A DNA stretch of 64,000 bases from Camelus dromedarius. Taxonomy: Eukaryota. Made by a program: the position numbers and the translations under genes. This document shows, in pieces, positions 26,156-38,600 of this stretch (positions are counted from its first letter, which is position 1; each line of letters starts with the position of its first letter). The notes under the pieces are model-generated. The model saw only the letters and a program-made list of their open reading frames with translations, was not told where the DNA came from and did no database searches. The DNA lies in NCBI RefSeq assembly GCF_036321535.1, contig NC_087472.1, positions 91,948,001 to 92,012,000 on the forward strand, written 5' to 3'.

Positions 26156-28044
26156 TCCAAATTTGAAATGATACCCCATAAGTCCCCTCATCCAGGTAGA
26201 AATGCTTTACATTTTCAATCATGGCCTCAGAGAGCACAGTCATCTTAGAAGAACAGTAAGTTTTTTTCCCTTGGCATTTCCTATTTTAATTGTTTTGAGA
26301 TTGTGCCCTACATCCTAGTCTGGATGTGCAATGTTTGCTTCACATATTTTATAAAGTAAGGTAAGAATCTGGATTTTCATGTTGGCAAATTGTTGGCAAC
26401 AATTCACATGTTTGCATGCTTTCAAACTACAATGCAGCTTAAACAAAATAGGTATGTGAGCAACATGTGCTTGTTGGATGTAGCTTATTAGCCTCAGCAG
26501 AAAAATTTGCTGTAATAGTGATATAAACATCTTTTTCAAGGAATATACATTTCACATATATTTCATTTATATAAAGCATAATCATACAAATGAAAACCTT
26601 TTGTAAGATTAATTTATACAATTCTTCTAATAAACATTGAAAATGTGCCAAGAATTGGAGTGATGTAGATTTTCATAGAAGTCTTTTTAATAAGTAAAAA
26701 AAGATTAACAATATAATTATACATAATTAGACATATAATATATATTTATATTAATCTATATCTAATATAATATAATTAGACAGTATCAACTTTATTGAAT
26801 ATCTGGAAGAATTTTTTTTTAAAAAGACCTAACTCACAGTAATATATGCTTCATTGAAAGATTTTTATAATTATTCTAATTGCTATTTCTATCATGATTT
26901 ATAAATTTCAAATTTGGGGGGGAAGAAAATGAGAAAAAGTTTCGGCTCTGTTGGTGATTTCCACTGTCACTGATTTCTTATGGATTTGCTAAGCCAATAC
27001 ATTTGGATTTCAAATCACTTGAAATAATGGGGAAAAATATCAGTATTGTCCAATTCGACATGTCCACGTGATTTGTGGATAATAAAATAAAAGAGCAAAT
27101 TTTTTCAACCAATTTTGCCTGTAATTAAATACGAGTAACTATATTCAGTCAGTAATAGTTACCCAATCTCATACCAGCACAAAGACAAAGTAGAACACAA
27201 AAGCTTCTCCTGTTTAGATGAACGTAAACAATTTTGCCCTTGCTTTCAAGGCACAGACTTTACACAGTAATTATGTTTAAATATAGTTCTGTTGTTTTTA
27301 AACAACAGATGGCTGCCATCTTGTACACTTCCACTTTTATAGAAATATTTTATTGTTGACTGAGAAGCCCAAAAGGATTTTCATTTGTTATTCTGCCTGC
27401 ATGTCTTTTGAATTGTACAAGAGACTAGTTCAGGGAAAAATAAGATCTTGAATATGAAGGATGAAAATCTGGTAGCTCTCCATCCTTGAATTCACATGTG
27501 ATTAGTGTCAGGGTTAGGGAAGGTGCCAACAGTAGAGGTCAGGTAATTTTTAGACTGGGTGTGAGTCTTAAGACTCAATTAGCAATAAAGTAAAGCAAGC
27601 ATGACCAAAGCCAAGTTTTATTGTACCTGATCCCTAGTGAGTAATCAGTCCGTATCTGTTGAATGAATAAATTATATTCAGTAATATGTTGTCTGAAATC
27701 ATAAATCTCAGTTTTTCTAATGTAAGTCTTTGAAAGCAAGCATTTAAAGCTATTTGCTCCATCAGATATCCAGCTTTAAGGAGCTTAAATTTGGTTGCTA
27801 AAATGTTTATTTTAAAAATGTGGGTGTTTGGCTTCATACAAAGTCTGAAGTTCTTTTATTTGATGACTTATGTTAGGTCATTATCAATAACCAATATTCT
27901 GAGGGTACCCACAGCTGATCAAGAAGAGACTATAAACCATAAAATAGTCTAAATTACTTTCTCCAAATATCTTTCAACTATCTTCTCTTCCCCGGCCCCC
28001 TTTCCCCAGTTCTAGGAAATTGCAAAAGTCTGGAATACAAACTT

Positions 28045-28790
28045 TTATTTCCAACTGCAGAAAATTATGAAAACAAGGCACAAAGGGAATGCAAAAGTGA
28101 ATAAGAAAAATTCCTTGACCTTGTGGAATTTAAAATCTAGTTTGGAAAGATGATGAATGACACAATATAAGGAGGAGTAAAATAAATGCAGAAGAGCAGG
28201 AGAAGTAGGTAAAAGTGATGGCAGTACAAAGAAAAAGGCAGGATGAATTGTGAGCATGATGACCAGGAAAGCAACAGGCTGGACAGAAGAACTGTGACTG
28301 CTGATTAAGGGAGGAAGAGCATGCTGGCATCTTTAAAGGCCCCGAGTGCCTGCTACTGCCTGGAAACAACAAGGAGGAGCATGTGTCCAGGATGTGAAGA
28401 CAGGGGCAGGAGATGAGGAGGGATCTAGATTATATGACGAGAGCATTTAGAGGTGATGCTCTTTATTCTGTAGGCAGGACTGTGTCATTCAATAGGTGTG
28501 TGTTGAGGACGTCATGATCAAGTATTTATGGAAGTCGATTCTGGTGGAAGTGAGAAAGTAGTAAGTTCAGCAATAAGTTATTGAGACCTGAATGAATTTG
28601 AGTATGAAATGCAGGAGAAGGATTGAGAGGGATATGGAGATAGGAAGGGACAGATCAAATGGGTATGGTGATCACTAACGGTAAAGAAGACACAGAGGTG
28701 CAAAGAGGGTGGGGTCCAAAATCACCTTCAGTCTTTGGCTTTGTAACTGGACGGATGTGGATTTCATCAAATTATTCAGGGAAGACAAAA
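28045..28790 (-). mobile_element. Degenerate L2
   Basis: gtgaataagaaaaattccttgaccttgtggaatttaaaatctag; ctttattctgtaggc; tggctttgtaactggacggatg. Confidence 0.7.
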
Positions 28791-28849
28791 GAAAGTGTAC
28801 ATTTTAGTTTATATATATAAAATGCAGCAGCTACTCCTCAGCTTAATAC

Positions 28850-29175
28850 TTGTTATTCCTTCTATCAGGAACACTGTTCCCAGCCCTGAACACTTAAGTT
28901 AACTCTCACTCATCATTCAGGTCTCAGCTAAAGCATTATTTACTGGTTGAAGTCTTCCCTCAGCACTGAGACAGTAATAGGTGCCCTTACCATCGGTTCT
29001 CATTTTATGCTCTACTTCTTTTTAGCACTTAGGATATTTGCTTCTTTATTCTATGCCTGTTATCCCAATGGACTGAAAGCTCCAGGCAGGTCTTGTTCAT
29101 CAGTGAATGACCTTCACCTAAGACTCTACTTTCATACAAACTTGTTCAGTAAATTTTCAGTACGCGAATGAATAA
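28850..29175 (+). mobile_element. L2 3' end
   Basis: tcactcatcattcaggtctcagctaaa; gactgaaagctcc; ends gaatgaataa. Confidence 0.75.
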
Positions 29176-29694
29176 GTGATGAATTTGTCAAAGGGGTGAG
29201 CTATGGCATATGACCTGTCTGTGTTTCCATTTTGCTTCTTACAGGGTAACTATTTCCACTCCAAGCACGGCAGGACACGAAAAGCACACCATTCTCCCAA
29301 ATTCTTCCTTTCCCTCTTTGCTTGTTTAATCATCACAGGAGATTTTTCTCTTTCAAGTGAGCTCTTGAACTCACTTGTAACCTCCCAAACAACCCCAAAG
29401 ACAAATAAGTGTAGGAGTAATGAAAGTAACAACTAGGAAATGGAAAGTGAATTAGGATATAATGACTCTCTCAAGCTCAAGGCCTTTAAAAATGCCCTAA
29501 TTCTCTGTTTACAATTCCCACCAAAGTCTTCATCTGCCTCCTGTCTTTCCCTAATTAGATCTGCTTTCTTAAAGCATCATGCTGAAGGCATGAAAGAAAA
29601 ATCCTACTCAGTGATGTTGTTAAGGTTTCAACTACCCTTATTTTATGTCACTGCTTTTCTTATTTTCCTTTTTTCTAGTTCATTCATTCTATTT

Positions 29695-30310
29695 TTAAAA
29701 TTTTTATTTTATTGTGGTAAGAACATTTAACTTGACATCTACCTTGTTAAATTTTTAAGTGTAGGATACCATATTGTAGATTATAGGTACAATGTTGTAC
29801 AGAAAATCTCTAGAACTAATTCATCTCACTTAAGCAAAACTTCATTTCCTTTGATTAGTGACTCCCCATCTTCTCCTCTTCCCAGTCCCTGGTAATCAGC
29901 ATTCCACTCTTTTTTTTTTTCCCTCAAATGACAGGAATTAATTTTTCTCACAGTTCTGGAGACTGGAAGTCCACTATCAGGGTCCCTTCAGGGTTAGTTT
30001 CTGGTAAGAAGCCTCTTCCTGGCTGCACGCCACCACCTTTTCTCTTTGTCCTCACATGACCTTTCCTCTGTGTGCATGCATACAGAGATCTCTGGTGCCT
30101 CTTCCTCTACTTACAAGGACACTAGTCCTATGGGATTAGGGCCCCGCCCCTATGACCTCATTTAACTTTATCTGCTTAAAGGCTTTATCTCTAAATGTGG
30201 TCACAGTGGGGGTCATTTACACTCTGTATGAATGTGACTATTTCAGATACCTCATGTAAGTGAAATCATGTTGTATTTGTCTTTCTGGGATTGGACATTA
30301 TTTTCATTTA
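29695..30310 (-). mobile_element. L1MA9-like 3' end interrupted by an MLT1A-derived insert
   Basis: ttgtggtaagaacatttaac...ggtacaatgttgtacagaaaatctctagaact; resumes after 30225 with gactatttcagatacctcatgtaagtgaaatcatg. Confidence 0.85.
29911..30213 (-). mobile_element. MLT1A-like MaLR LTR fragment with poly(A) tail, lacking both termini
   Basis: tctcacagttctggagactggaagtcc...cctcacatgacctttcctctgtg...tacaaggacactagtcctatgggattagggccc; T run at 29910-29920. Confidence 0.88.
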
Positions 30311-30566
30311 AAGGCACACTTCATGTGTAGTACAGTAAGGGAAAGTATGTTTAACCTGGAAATGCAACCATGATTATAATGTCGATTTTACAGCCATTTA
30401 AAAATAATGGAAACAGTTTATTTCAAAAGAAAATGTGACTGAAGATACAATTTAAAGCATATCAAAGTGGAGCTACTTGGTGTGAAGTCAAGCTGTTGAG
30501 AGACTCCATCATAGCCTCTATATCTTCCCAACACAAGCACCTCACTAGTACTTAGTGAAGAAGTTT

Positions 30567-30620
30567 GAACTACATTCTCTCTTTAGGAACTACATTATCT
30601 CTATGGGAACACCATTTTCT
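30567..30620 (+). repeat. Decayed 20-bp minisatellite (about 2.7 copies)
   Basis: gaactacattctctctttag / gaactacattatctctatgg / gaacaccattttct. Confidence 0.75.
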
Positions 30621-30860
30621 AGTTCAAAATTTCTGACACCAAAATCTATAAAAAAAATTCTTTCTATAGTGGGGGATTTTTATGTATAAAGAGGTATATC
30701 CACTAGAACCTTATAAACCTTAGGAGTTTTAACTAGTTGGAGAGAAATATAAGCAGTTGATACCTTAGCATGATACTCATGTATATTTTAAAATTCCTAT
30801 TATTGTTGCTTTAATGTTGTTTATGAAAGGGGCTTATTTATATCTTTCACTACTATTCAC

Positions 30861-30958
30861 TTTTTCCCTCAGCTTTATGAGATATAATTGACATATATCA
30901 TTGTGCGAGTTTAAGGTATACAACCTGTTTATTTGACACACTTATATACTGCAATATG
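30861..30958 (-). mobile_element. Short L1 3' terminus
   Basis: cagctttatgagatataattgacata...gtttaaggtatacaac. Confidence 0.8.
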
Positions 30959-31250
30959 TATTAATCAGTTTTTCGCTAATTACATACAAAGTTCACAAAG
31001 CTCCCAAGACTTTTCTCCAAGACACAGGATATGTTCCTGCTTCTGATGTTGTTGTGAACATAGTGACAAATGGAAATTTTCCATTAAATATAAAATGTCT
31101 TATAGGCACAGATCAATCCCGTGTAGCCCTGCAAGTACAGTTAATTTTTTAGATCAAATCACCTTTAGAAAGTCCATTTTTTTCTAAAAAGGAACAGATT
31201 AGAAGTTATTCATCTGACTAAGCCACTCTTTTTTTTTTTTTAAACAGATA

Positions 31251-31342
31251 TAGAAAGGGAGGGTGGGAAGGAGGGAAGTTGGAAAGAAGGTAGAAAGGAA
31301 GGAGAGAAGAAAGATAGGGAAAGAGAGAGAGGGAAGGAGAGA
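31251..31342 (+). repeat. GA-rich low-complexity tract
   Basis: Near purine-only run. Confidence 0.8.
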
Positions 31343-31606
31343 TACTACTGAAGGGTTTCTACAAATTGTGGGTTCTCATATTTTAACACCTATATTACTA
31401 GACTGGTACAAGTACCTCTATGTAAGCATGTGTTATGTATATAGTATTCCATATAAATGTATATAGTACTGTGTGTTCATGGGGCATAAAATGAGAAGAC
31501 CACAAATGTACACTCTTAAACATGATCTACTTAATCTATTTTAGGTCAGGCCTTGTAGGTATGTTTTTAATTAGGTTATTTGTCCAGCCCCTAGCGTAGC
31601 AAGATA

Positions 31607-31666
31607 TACATGTAAACACACATGCATGTGCATGCAAATGCGTGCGCACACGCACACACACACACA
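31607..31666 (+). repeat. Alternating purine-pyrimidine (CA/TG/CG) tract
   Basis: cacacatgcatgtgcatgcaaatgcgtgcgcacacgcacacacacacaca. Confidence 0.85.
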
Positions 31667-33489
31667 GCTCCCAAGGCATTTATTAACCCAGATGAATTAT
31701 AAAAATGTCTATGTCATCATTAGCCTATATTCTTTCTGATGTAGTTGGATTCATAATTAAGTTATAAGCTTTAATCTCTAAATCTCAATGCAATTATGCG
31801 AAAGCTACCACATAGTTACAGATAAAAGATCCTTGCTACATAAACTCAAAGGGAAACTTCTCAGCCACAGAAATATTTGGGCGCAGAGAGAGAAGCAATG
31901 GTAGTTCAGCACACCCAGTTCGTGAATAAGTAGCAAGGGCTAAAGCAAGAGGAGGAGAAACTAACCAGCGTTTGCTTTTACTGCCGAACCCTTTCTTTTC
32001 GCCCTCCACACCAATGAACAATAGAAATTAACTTCTACCCACTATAGTGAACAAAAAACATTTAAAATCTAAACTTAAAATAGACAAACCAATACTGTTT
32101 GAATTTAGTATAAAGCACAGTAATGGAATTAAGAGCTTTCCTTGATATTGACTCTCATCACAGACCTCAGAACTTCAAATAAAAAGATCAGAAGGACACT
32201 TAAAGGGCTTCAGCATCCTTCACAAAGCTTGACACATACATAAAGACACACACGTACATACAGATGTACAAACAAGGAAAATTCATAAGTGGTTTGTAAT
32301 GGTGATATAATCATTAATATATGATATTAATATGTATTCCCTTTATGAGTGAACAGATATGGTCTGAGAAGATTCTGTCACACCATAACTATCTCATCAT
32401 AGTAATTATATAATAAAATTGACAATGAATTAATTTTCTATTTTGAAAGGCAGAGTTAAAATTCCTTTTCAAGGATAGAAAAAATAGTACTTTAATGTGG
32501 TCTAAGTCAGAAATATTGTGCTGTATTTTTCTCTTTAAGATAGAGCTGGAATTGATGGTAGAAGCAAATAGATAAATAGCACAGGTTAAAGTGGTTTGCT
32601 CTTTATTATTTATTCAAGCCATGATTTTCTGAACACTGACCCCAAACTACTGAAGAGCAGGAGAGAAAAGAGAAGTTTGTTTTATTTTTCTTACACCTTC
32701 CTTCCTGCAATGGGAATTCAAACAACAGACAAGCCCTACCAAATATCTTATCTATCGCAAAGCCTTGACTGATTTCATGTGCAGATGTGCTGTCAATGAC
32801 AGGGTTTAAATCTGCAAAACACGGAATAATTATTTTTTTCTCCCTTTTATTTAGGGAAAATTCATTCAGTGCAACTTTCTTTATCTGAAATGATATAGCA
32901 ACATTTTTCCTTTGAAAAACACGAGACACTGTTAGAAAGGGAACAGAGTGAACCGAAACCACAGTCACAATCACCCATGTCTATCAAAGTTGGACACATA
33001 TTTTTTGGGCAAAATTTTATCTCTGAAAACACACATACTCTCCTGCTTCAAATATTTTAAACTTGGAGGTGACACTTGGGGTAGCATAAAACCTTGTAGC
33101 CCATATGATCAGCATTCATTTTCAGGGAAAAGACCTGGCAGGCACATATAGTAAACAGCCTGAAGAATATTCTCAGGAAACAATAATTTGCTTGAATTAT
33201 GGATGTTGAAATGGAATTACCACTTCCATAGAGCACTCAATCCTGATTCCATCCTGTGGAAAATCTCACGAATTCTACACTCCCACAAAACATGACATAA
33301 ATCAATAGTTTGTTAGTGGATGGAAATGCCGTTTAGATATCAATAGATGTGCAAATTTGAATCAGAAAGTCAGATATTAGAGACACTTACTTAATTTTGT
33401 ACACAAAAAGCTATAGTGTGTGGAGTTGCCATTTATTACATAAATGTATTTAAAGTTTCTACCAAGATAATGGTGGTAACAGACACCAC

Positions 33490-33710
33490 TTAGCAGGATA
33501 GAGTAGTAAAGTACACTCTCGAGCCAGTCTGCCTAGATTTGACTCCTAGCTCTGTCACTATTAGCTCTAACATTTAGCCTTTAAGTGCCTTCACTTTCTT
33601 ATGTGCACAATGTGGAAAACAATAGTGTCTACCTCATAGGCTTGTATTAATCATGTAAAGAACAGACAATAGTGTCTGGCATATAGTGAACTTTCAATAA
33701 ACGTAATCTA
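33490..33710 (+). mobile_element. MIR
   Basis: gagccagtctgcctagatttgactcctagctctgtcacta...ctacctcataggc...tctggcatatagtgaactttcaataaa. Confidence 0.9.
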
Positions 33711-34199
33711 TACATTTCTACACTTCACAGTGTATCTCATATCAGGTTTCCTTACTGGTATGCACTTTAGCTTTCTCGTCATATCGTTTGTTCCTTACAT
33801 TGAAAAATAAGTTGGAAGGGAGACTTATTCATTTTCTTTTATTTTGATATAAGAATGGAGGAAGGCAGGAAGAAAGAGAGATGCAACCAAATTTCAGTTT
33901 CAACCTTGGTATTGGACCAAAATTTGTTATTTGGTTTCATACTGGGTTTTGGAAGGCTAAATGGCCATATGTCTCCAATTTTATTTCCTCAGATTATACT
34001 TCAACAATGATTGTGTAGTTGCCATCCAGCAGAATAATGTCAGTCACATAAAGAGGCATGTTATTAGGTTTTATTGTCAAATACTGAATATCCACTTTCA
34101 AATACAGCCAAATATTTTAGATGTAACTTAAAGTGAAAATCTTTTTATATGCTTTGTGGATTTAAATTTTATCAGTCAGTTGATTTATAGAAGTATATT

Positions 34200-34685
34200 T
34201 ACTGGGAAGGTAAAATGTGTAACCACTTTGAAAAACAGTTTTGCAGTTCCTCAAAAATATGACCGAGCAATTCCATTCATGGTATATAATCGAGAAAACT
34301 GAAAACAAACTTGTCCACACAAAAATGTGTCCATGAAAGTGCATGGCAGCATTAGTCATGGTAGCCAAAAAGAAGAAAAAACCTAAGTGTCTGTCAATTA
34401 GATTAAAAAAATGTGGAATAGCCGTACAATGGAAGATTATTCAGCAATAAAAAGGATAAAGCACTGATACATGCTACCACTGGGATGGAAGAACCCTGAA
34501 AACATTATCTTAAATGAAAGAAGCCTAACACAAAAGGTCACATTTTGTAGTATTCCATTCATATGAAGTGTCCAGAAACGACAAAGTCATAGAGACAGAA
34601 AGTAGATTAGTGGTTGCGAGGGGCTGGGGGGATGAGGGAATGGGGAGTGACTGCTAAGGCGCACAAGGTTGCTTTTCACGGTGTT
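34200..34685 (+). mobile_element. L1MB ORF2 end and 3'UTR
   Basis: ccactttgaaaaacagttttgcagttcc; ttccattcatatgaagtgtccagaa; gagacagaaagtagattagtggttgc. Confidence 0.92.
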
Positions 34686-34854
34686 AGCAGGTAGATTGGA
34701 ATAAGTCTGTATTGGACACCCTACTACACAGATGATGGGGGCCTGAGCAGCAGTAGTCCTGGGACTTGTCTATAAACAGAAACGTCCTCCACTAAAATTC
34801 ACACCAGCTAGTAAATTCATAGGAGAAACGTGTATGAAAGCTTGTTCATGTTGT

Positions 34855-34950
34855 CTTTCAGATTAACTAATGTTTCTAGAGCCCTTAAAGCAGTGCCTCG
34901 GATATGCTAAGTGCTCTATCTGAGTGCCTGTTAAATAACGCAAATAAAAA
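34855..34950 (+). mobile_element. MIR 3' fragment
   Basis: gagcccttaaagcagtgcctcggatatgctaagtgctc. Confidence 0.5.
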
Positions 34951-36431
34951 GTGCAGACTCTTTAAAAATAAAGTTTAGAAAAAGAGAGAGAATGAGATAC
35001 AATATCACTTTTCTCTTATGTCTAACATAAAATTAACATTTGTCACTAGGAAAATACAACCACTATGAAAAAGTAGGTATACATAGGAAGACACAGACCA
35101 CATTTTGTACTCCACATACAGGTGACTTAAAAATCATTTTTGTTGTTGATCTCCAGTCAGATAGTAGGCACTCAAAATGGCCTGGCAGGCTTTGCACACA
35201 GGTTTATGTATCTAAGCGATCACCAACATCCAGTGTGCGATCTATTAGTCAATCAATACTAACTGGGAGCTCGAAAGGAGAGGGCATTGGGCTAACACTG
35301 AATCCTGAGCTGTGCACTTAGCACTAAAGACAGAACTGGGCTCGCTGCACATTTACTTTCGTTTGAAAAGGCAAAATAAAAAGTATTTCTCTGAGCAATT
35401 TTAGTTTATATTCAGCAATTTTCCTTCAGCTTAAAATGCGCTTGAGAAAGCTTATTAATCAGAAGATTCATGAAGTTCGAATCACTGCATCTAAAATACT
35501 TTTTCATTCCTAGCTTATTGAATTCTAAAAGAAGATCCATCATAACACTTGTCATAATAACATAAAAATAAGTATAATTTTTAAAGAGTTATAGTTAAAC
35601 ACTGTATACTATTTGCCTGGGGTCATGAAGTAGAAAAACAGAATTTTTCAAAATGGTGAATAAAGGCTTAAAAGTCTTGATACATATAATGGAGTTTTTT
35701 TTTTTTATTTAAAACTATTAAACAGAATAAACTTAGCAGAGAGATTTGTCACATTCGGAATGATCTAATTCGAAAAGAAGCACCACACAAAGATATATTT
35801 TAAAACATATAAGCAGTCTTATTTGCTTCAATTCTCTTCTTAAATTACTTTAGTGTTATGTAATAGTTTAAAAGATCAGACACCCGAAGTTTATGGGCAT
35901 AGTTTTGATCAATGAAAAATATTCATATTTATGTGCCACCATTACCTTATTGTTCTTGAAATCACATGTACACTTATGTAAATGATGATTACTAGACTCA
36001 ACATTAACTCTTGCCCATTTTGGACAATTTGTATTGCATTAGCCTTGTAAAAATCAGTAATTATATAAATTTCAGATACTATAGACTTATTTCCTATATC
36101 ATTTAGTTAGCAACTAATGCTAAACTGCCTTGTAATATATGCTGCATCTTTACTTCAAATTTATTCAATTTTTATATTGATTCCCACCTTTTTCTATTTC
36201 CTTTCACCATTTAGATTATAATTTCCTTTGCAATACTAACAACAATTCATACCTTAGTTTATACTAGGATATCTTAATCAACAGTATTATTCAGAGTTAG
36301 GAGAATAGCTTGCCACACATAAATCGAAACACCTTCCAAATGAGTGGGGGGAAATGTGTTACGGCTAAAAGAGCAAAAGGACTTGACAATGGAGTTTGCT
36401 AATGTCCACTCCTTAAAAATGACAACTTAAA

Positions 36432-37150
36432 AATAATTTAAGTATAGTTGATTTACAATGTTGTGTTAGTTTCTGGTGTACAGCCAAGTGATTCAGTTTT
36501 ATATATATAAAAATATATATATATATATTCTTTTCTATTATAGTTTATTGCAGGATATTGAATATGACTTTCTATGCTATACAGTTGGATCTTGTTTCTC
36601 TATTTTATATATAGTAGTTAGCATCAGCAAATCATGAACTCCTAATTTATCCCTCCTGCCTCCTTTCCCCTTTGATAACAGTAAGTTTGTTTTCTATGTC
36701 TGTGAGTCTATTTCTGGTTTGAAAATAAGTTTATCTATATCATTTTTTAGATTCAACATATAAGTGATATCATTTGATATTTTTCTTTTTCTGTCTGACT
36801 TACTTTATTTAGCATGATAATCTCTGGGGCCACCCATGCTGTTGTAAATGGAATTATTTTATTCTTTTTTATGACTGAGTAGTAGTCTACTGTGTCGCAG
36901 CTTCTTTATCCATTCATCTGTTGGATTCCATGTCTTGGTTATTGTAAATACTGTGGCTGTAACATTGGGGTACATGTATCTTTTCAAATCAGAGTCTTCT
37001 CTGGATATATGCCCAGGAGTGGGATTGCTGGATCATATGGCAACTCTATTTTCTGTTTTTTAAGGAATGTTCATATTATTTTTCATAGTGGCTGCATCAA
37101 TTTATATCCCCACCAACAGTTAGGGGGTTTCCTTTTCTCCACATTCCTTC
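36432..37150 (-). mobile_element. Artiodactyl-type L1 3' end
   Basis: agtatagttgatttacaatgttgtgttagtttctggtgtacagc; ggatatatgcccaggagtgggattgctggatcatatgg. Confidence 0.92.
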
Positions 37151-37304
37151 CAAAACAATGGCAATTCTTTATTCATGATTAGTTGTGTGTGAATTTATAC
37201 CACTTCTTGAAGATGGCTTTAAAAAGTAAACATCAGAAGCTACTTAAAATGGGTACCAATTGTTCAAGAACATCAAGGATATAAATATCAACAAAGGCTG
37301 GGAA

Positions 37305-37370
37305 CTATTTTTATTTATTTATTTATTTATATTTATTTATTATTATTTTTAAATTTTATTTATTTTTTGG
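37305..37370 (+). repeat. (TTTA)n low-complexity tract
   Basis: Directly visible. Confidence 0.85.
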
Positions 37371-37382
37371 TGGGGGGAAGAC

Positions 37383-37929
37383 TTTATTTTATTTTTTAAC
37401 ATTTTTAGTGATTTATAATCATTTTACAATGTTGTGTCAAATCCCAGTGTAGAGCACAATTTTTCAGTTATACATGAACATATATATATTCATTGTCACA
37501 TTGTTTTCTCTGTGAGCTACCATAAGATCTTGTATATATTTCCCTGTGCTATACAGTATAATCTTGTTTGTCTATTCTACAATTTTGAAATCCCAGTCTA
37601 TCCCTTCCCACCCCCTGCCCCCTTGGCAACCACAAGTTTGTATTCTATGTCTATGAGTCTGTTTCTGTTCTGTATTTATGCTTTGGATTTTTTTTTTAGA
37701 TTCCACATATGAGCGATCTCATATGGTATTTTTCTTTCTCTTTCTGGCTTACTTCACTTAGAATGACATTCTCCAGGAGCATCCATGTTGCTGCAAATGG
37801 CATTATGTTGTCAGTTTTTATGGCTGAGTAGTATTCCATTGTATAAATATACCACATCTTCTTTATTCAGCCATTTGTTGATGGACATTTAGGCTGTTTC
37901 CATGTCTTGGCTATTGTAAATAGTGCTGA
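37383..37929 (-). mobile_element. Young camelid-type L1 3' end
   Basis: gatttataatcattttacaatgttgtgtcaaatcccagtgtagagcacaatttttcagttatacatgaac matches my recollection of the Camelus/Vicugna L1 3'UTR; ORF2 end catccatgttgctgcaaatggc. Confidence 0.88.
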
Positions 37930-37934
37930 TTAAA

Positions 37935-38600
37935 GAAGACAAAATAGACATGCCTTGGGAATGTACTGCATGGTTCTTGAGTAAAGCCTGGAGCAGGCTG
38001 GAGAGCGAGGAACAACTGTAAAAGGATGTTATCTGGTCAGTTGGTGAAATGTGAACATGTTCTGTATATTGAATAATAGTATCACTAACTTCCCGAATGG
38101 GATAATTTTATTTTGGCTATATATTTTATTTTGTTCTTAGAAGATGCATGGTAAAGTACAGCTGATCCTTGAACAACATGGGTTTGAACTTGCATGAGTT
38201 CAGTTAAATGAAGATTTTTTTCTATAGTAAATACTACAGTACTACACAATCTCGGTTCCTTGAATCCATGGATACAGAGGAACCATGGTTGTGGAGGACT
38301 GAATATAAGTTATACTCGGATTTTAGACTTCGTGGAGGGTCAGCACCTGTAACTCTCCTGCTGTTCAAGAATCAACTGTATTTAGAAGTGAAATATCATG
38401 ACATCTGCAAGTAACTCTCAAATGGTTCAGGAATGTTATATATACATATTTATATTTTATATATATATATGTAGAGAGAGAGACAGAGACAGAGAGAGAC
38501 AGAGTGCAAATGTTAGCAACTGATTCTAGGTGAAGGGTATATGGATGCTCATTGTACTAGTCTTACAATTGTTGTTGGCATGAAATTTTTAAAAATTCAT
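37935..38600 (+). mobile_element. L1MC/ME 3'UTR interrupted by a MER8-like MITE and a (TA)n(GA)n tract
   Basis: ttgttcttagaagatgcatggtaaagta|tttagaagtgaaatatcatgacatctgcaag; tgattctaggtgaagggtatatggatgctcattgtact. Confidence 0.8.
38159..38378 (+). mobile_element. MER8-like Tigger MITE
   Basis: TIRs cagctgatccttgaacaac / ctgttcaagaatcaactg with TA TSD. Confidence 0.9.

Noticed and set aside
26723..26782. Direct repeat ATAATTAGACA flanking an AT-rich tract as a TSD
   Set aside because: Low-complexity TA context; slippage explains it equally well.
31905..31925. REST/RE1-like TTCAGCAC
   Set aside because: Only the left half-site is present; the GGACAG half is absent.
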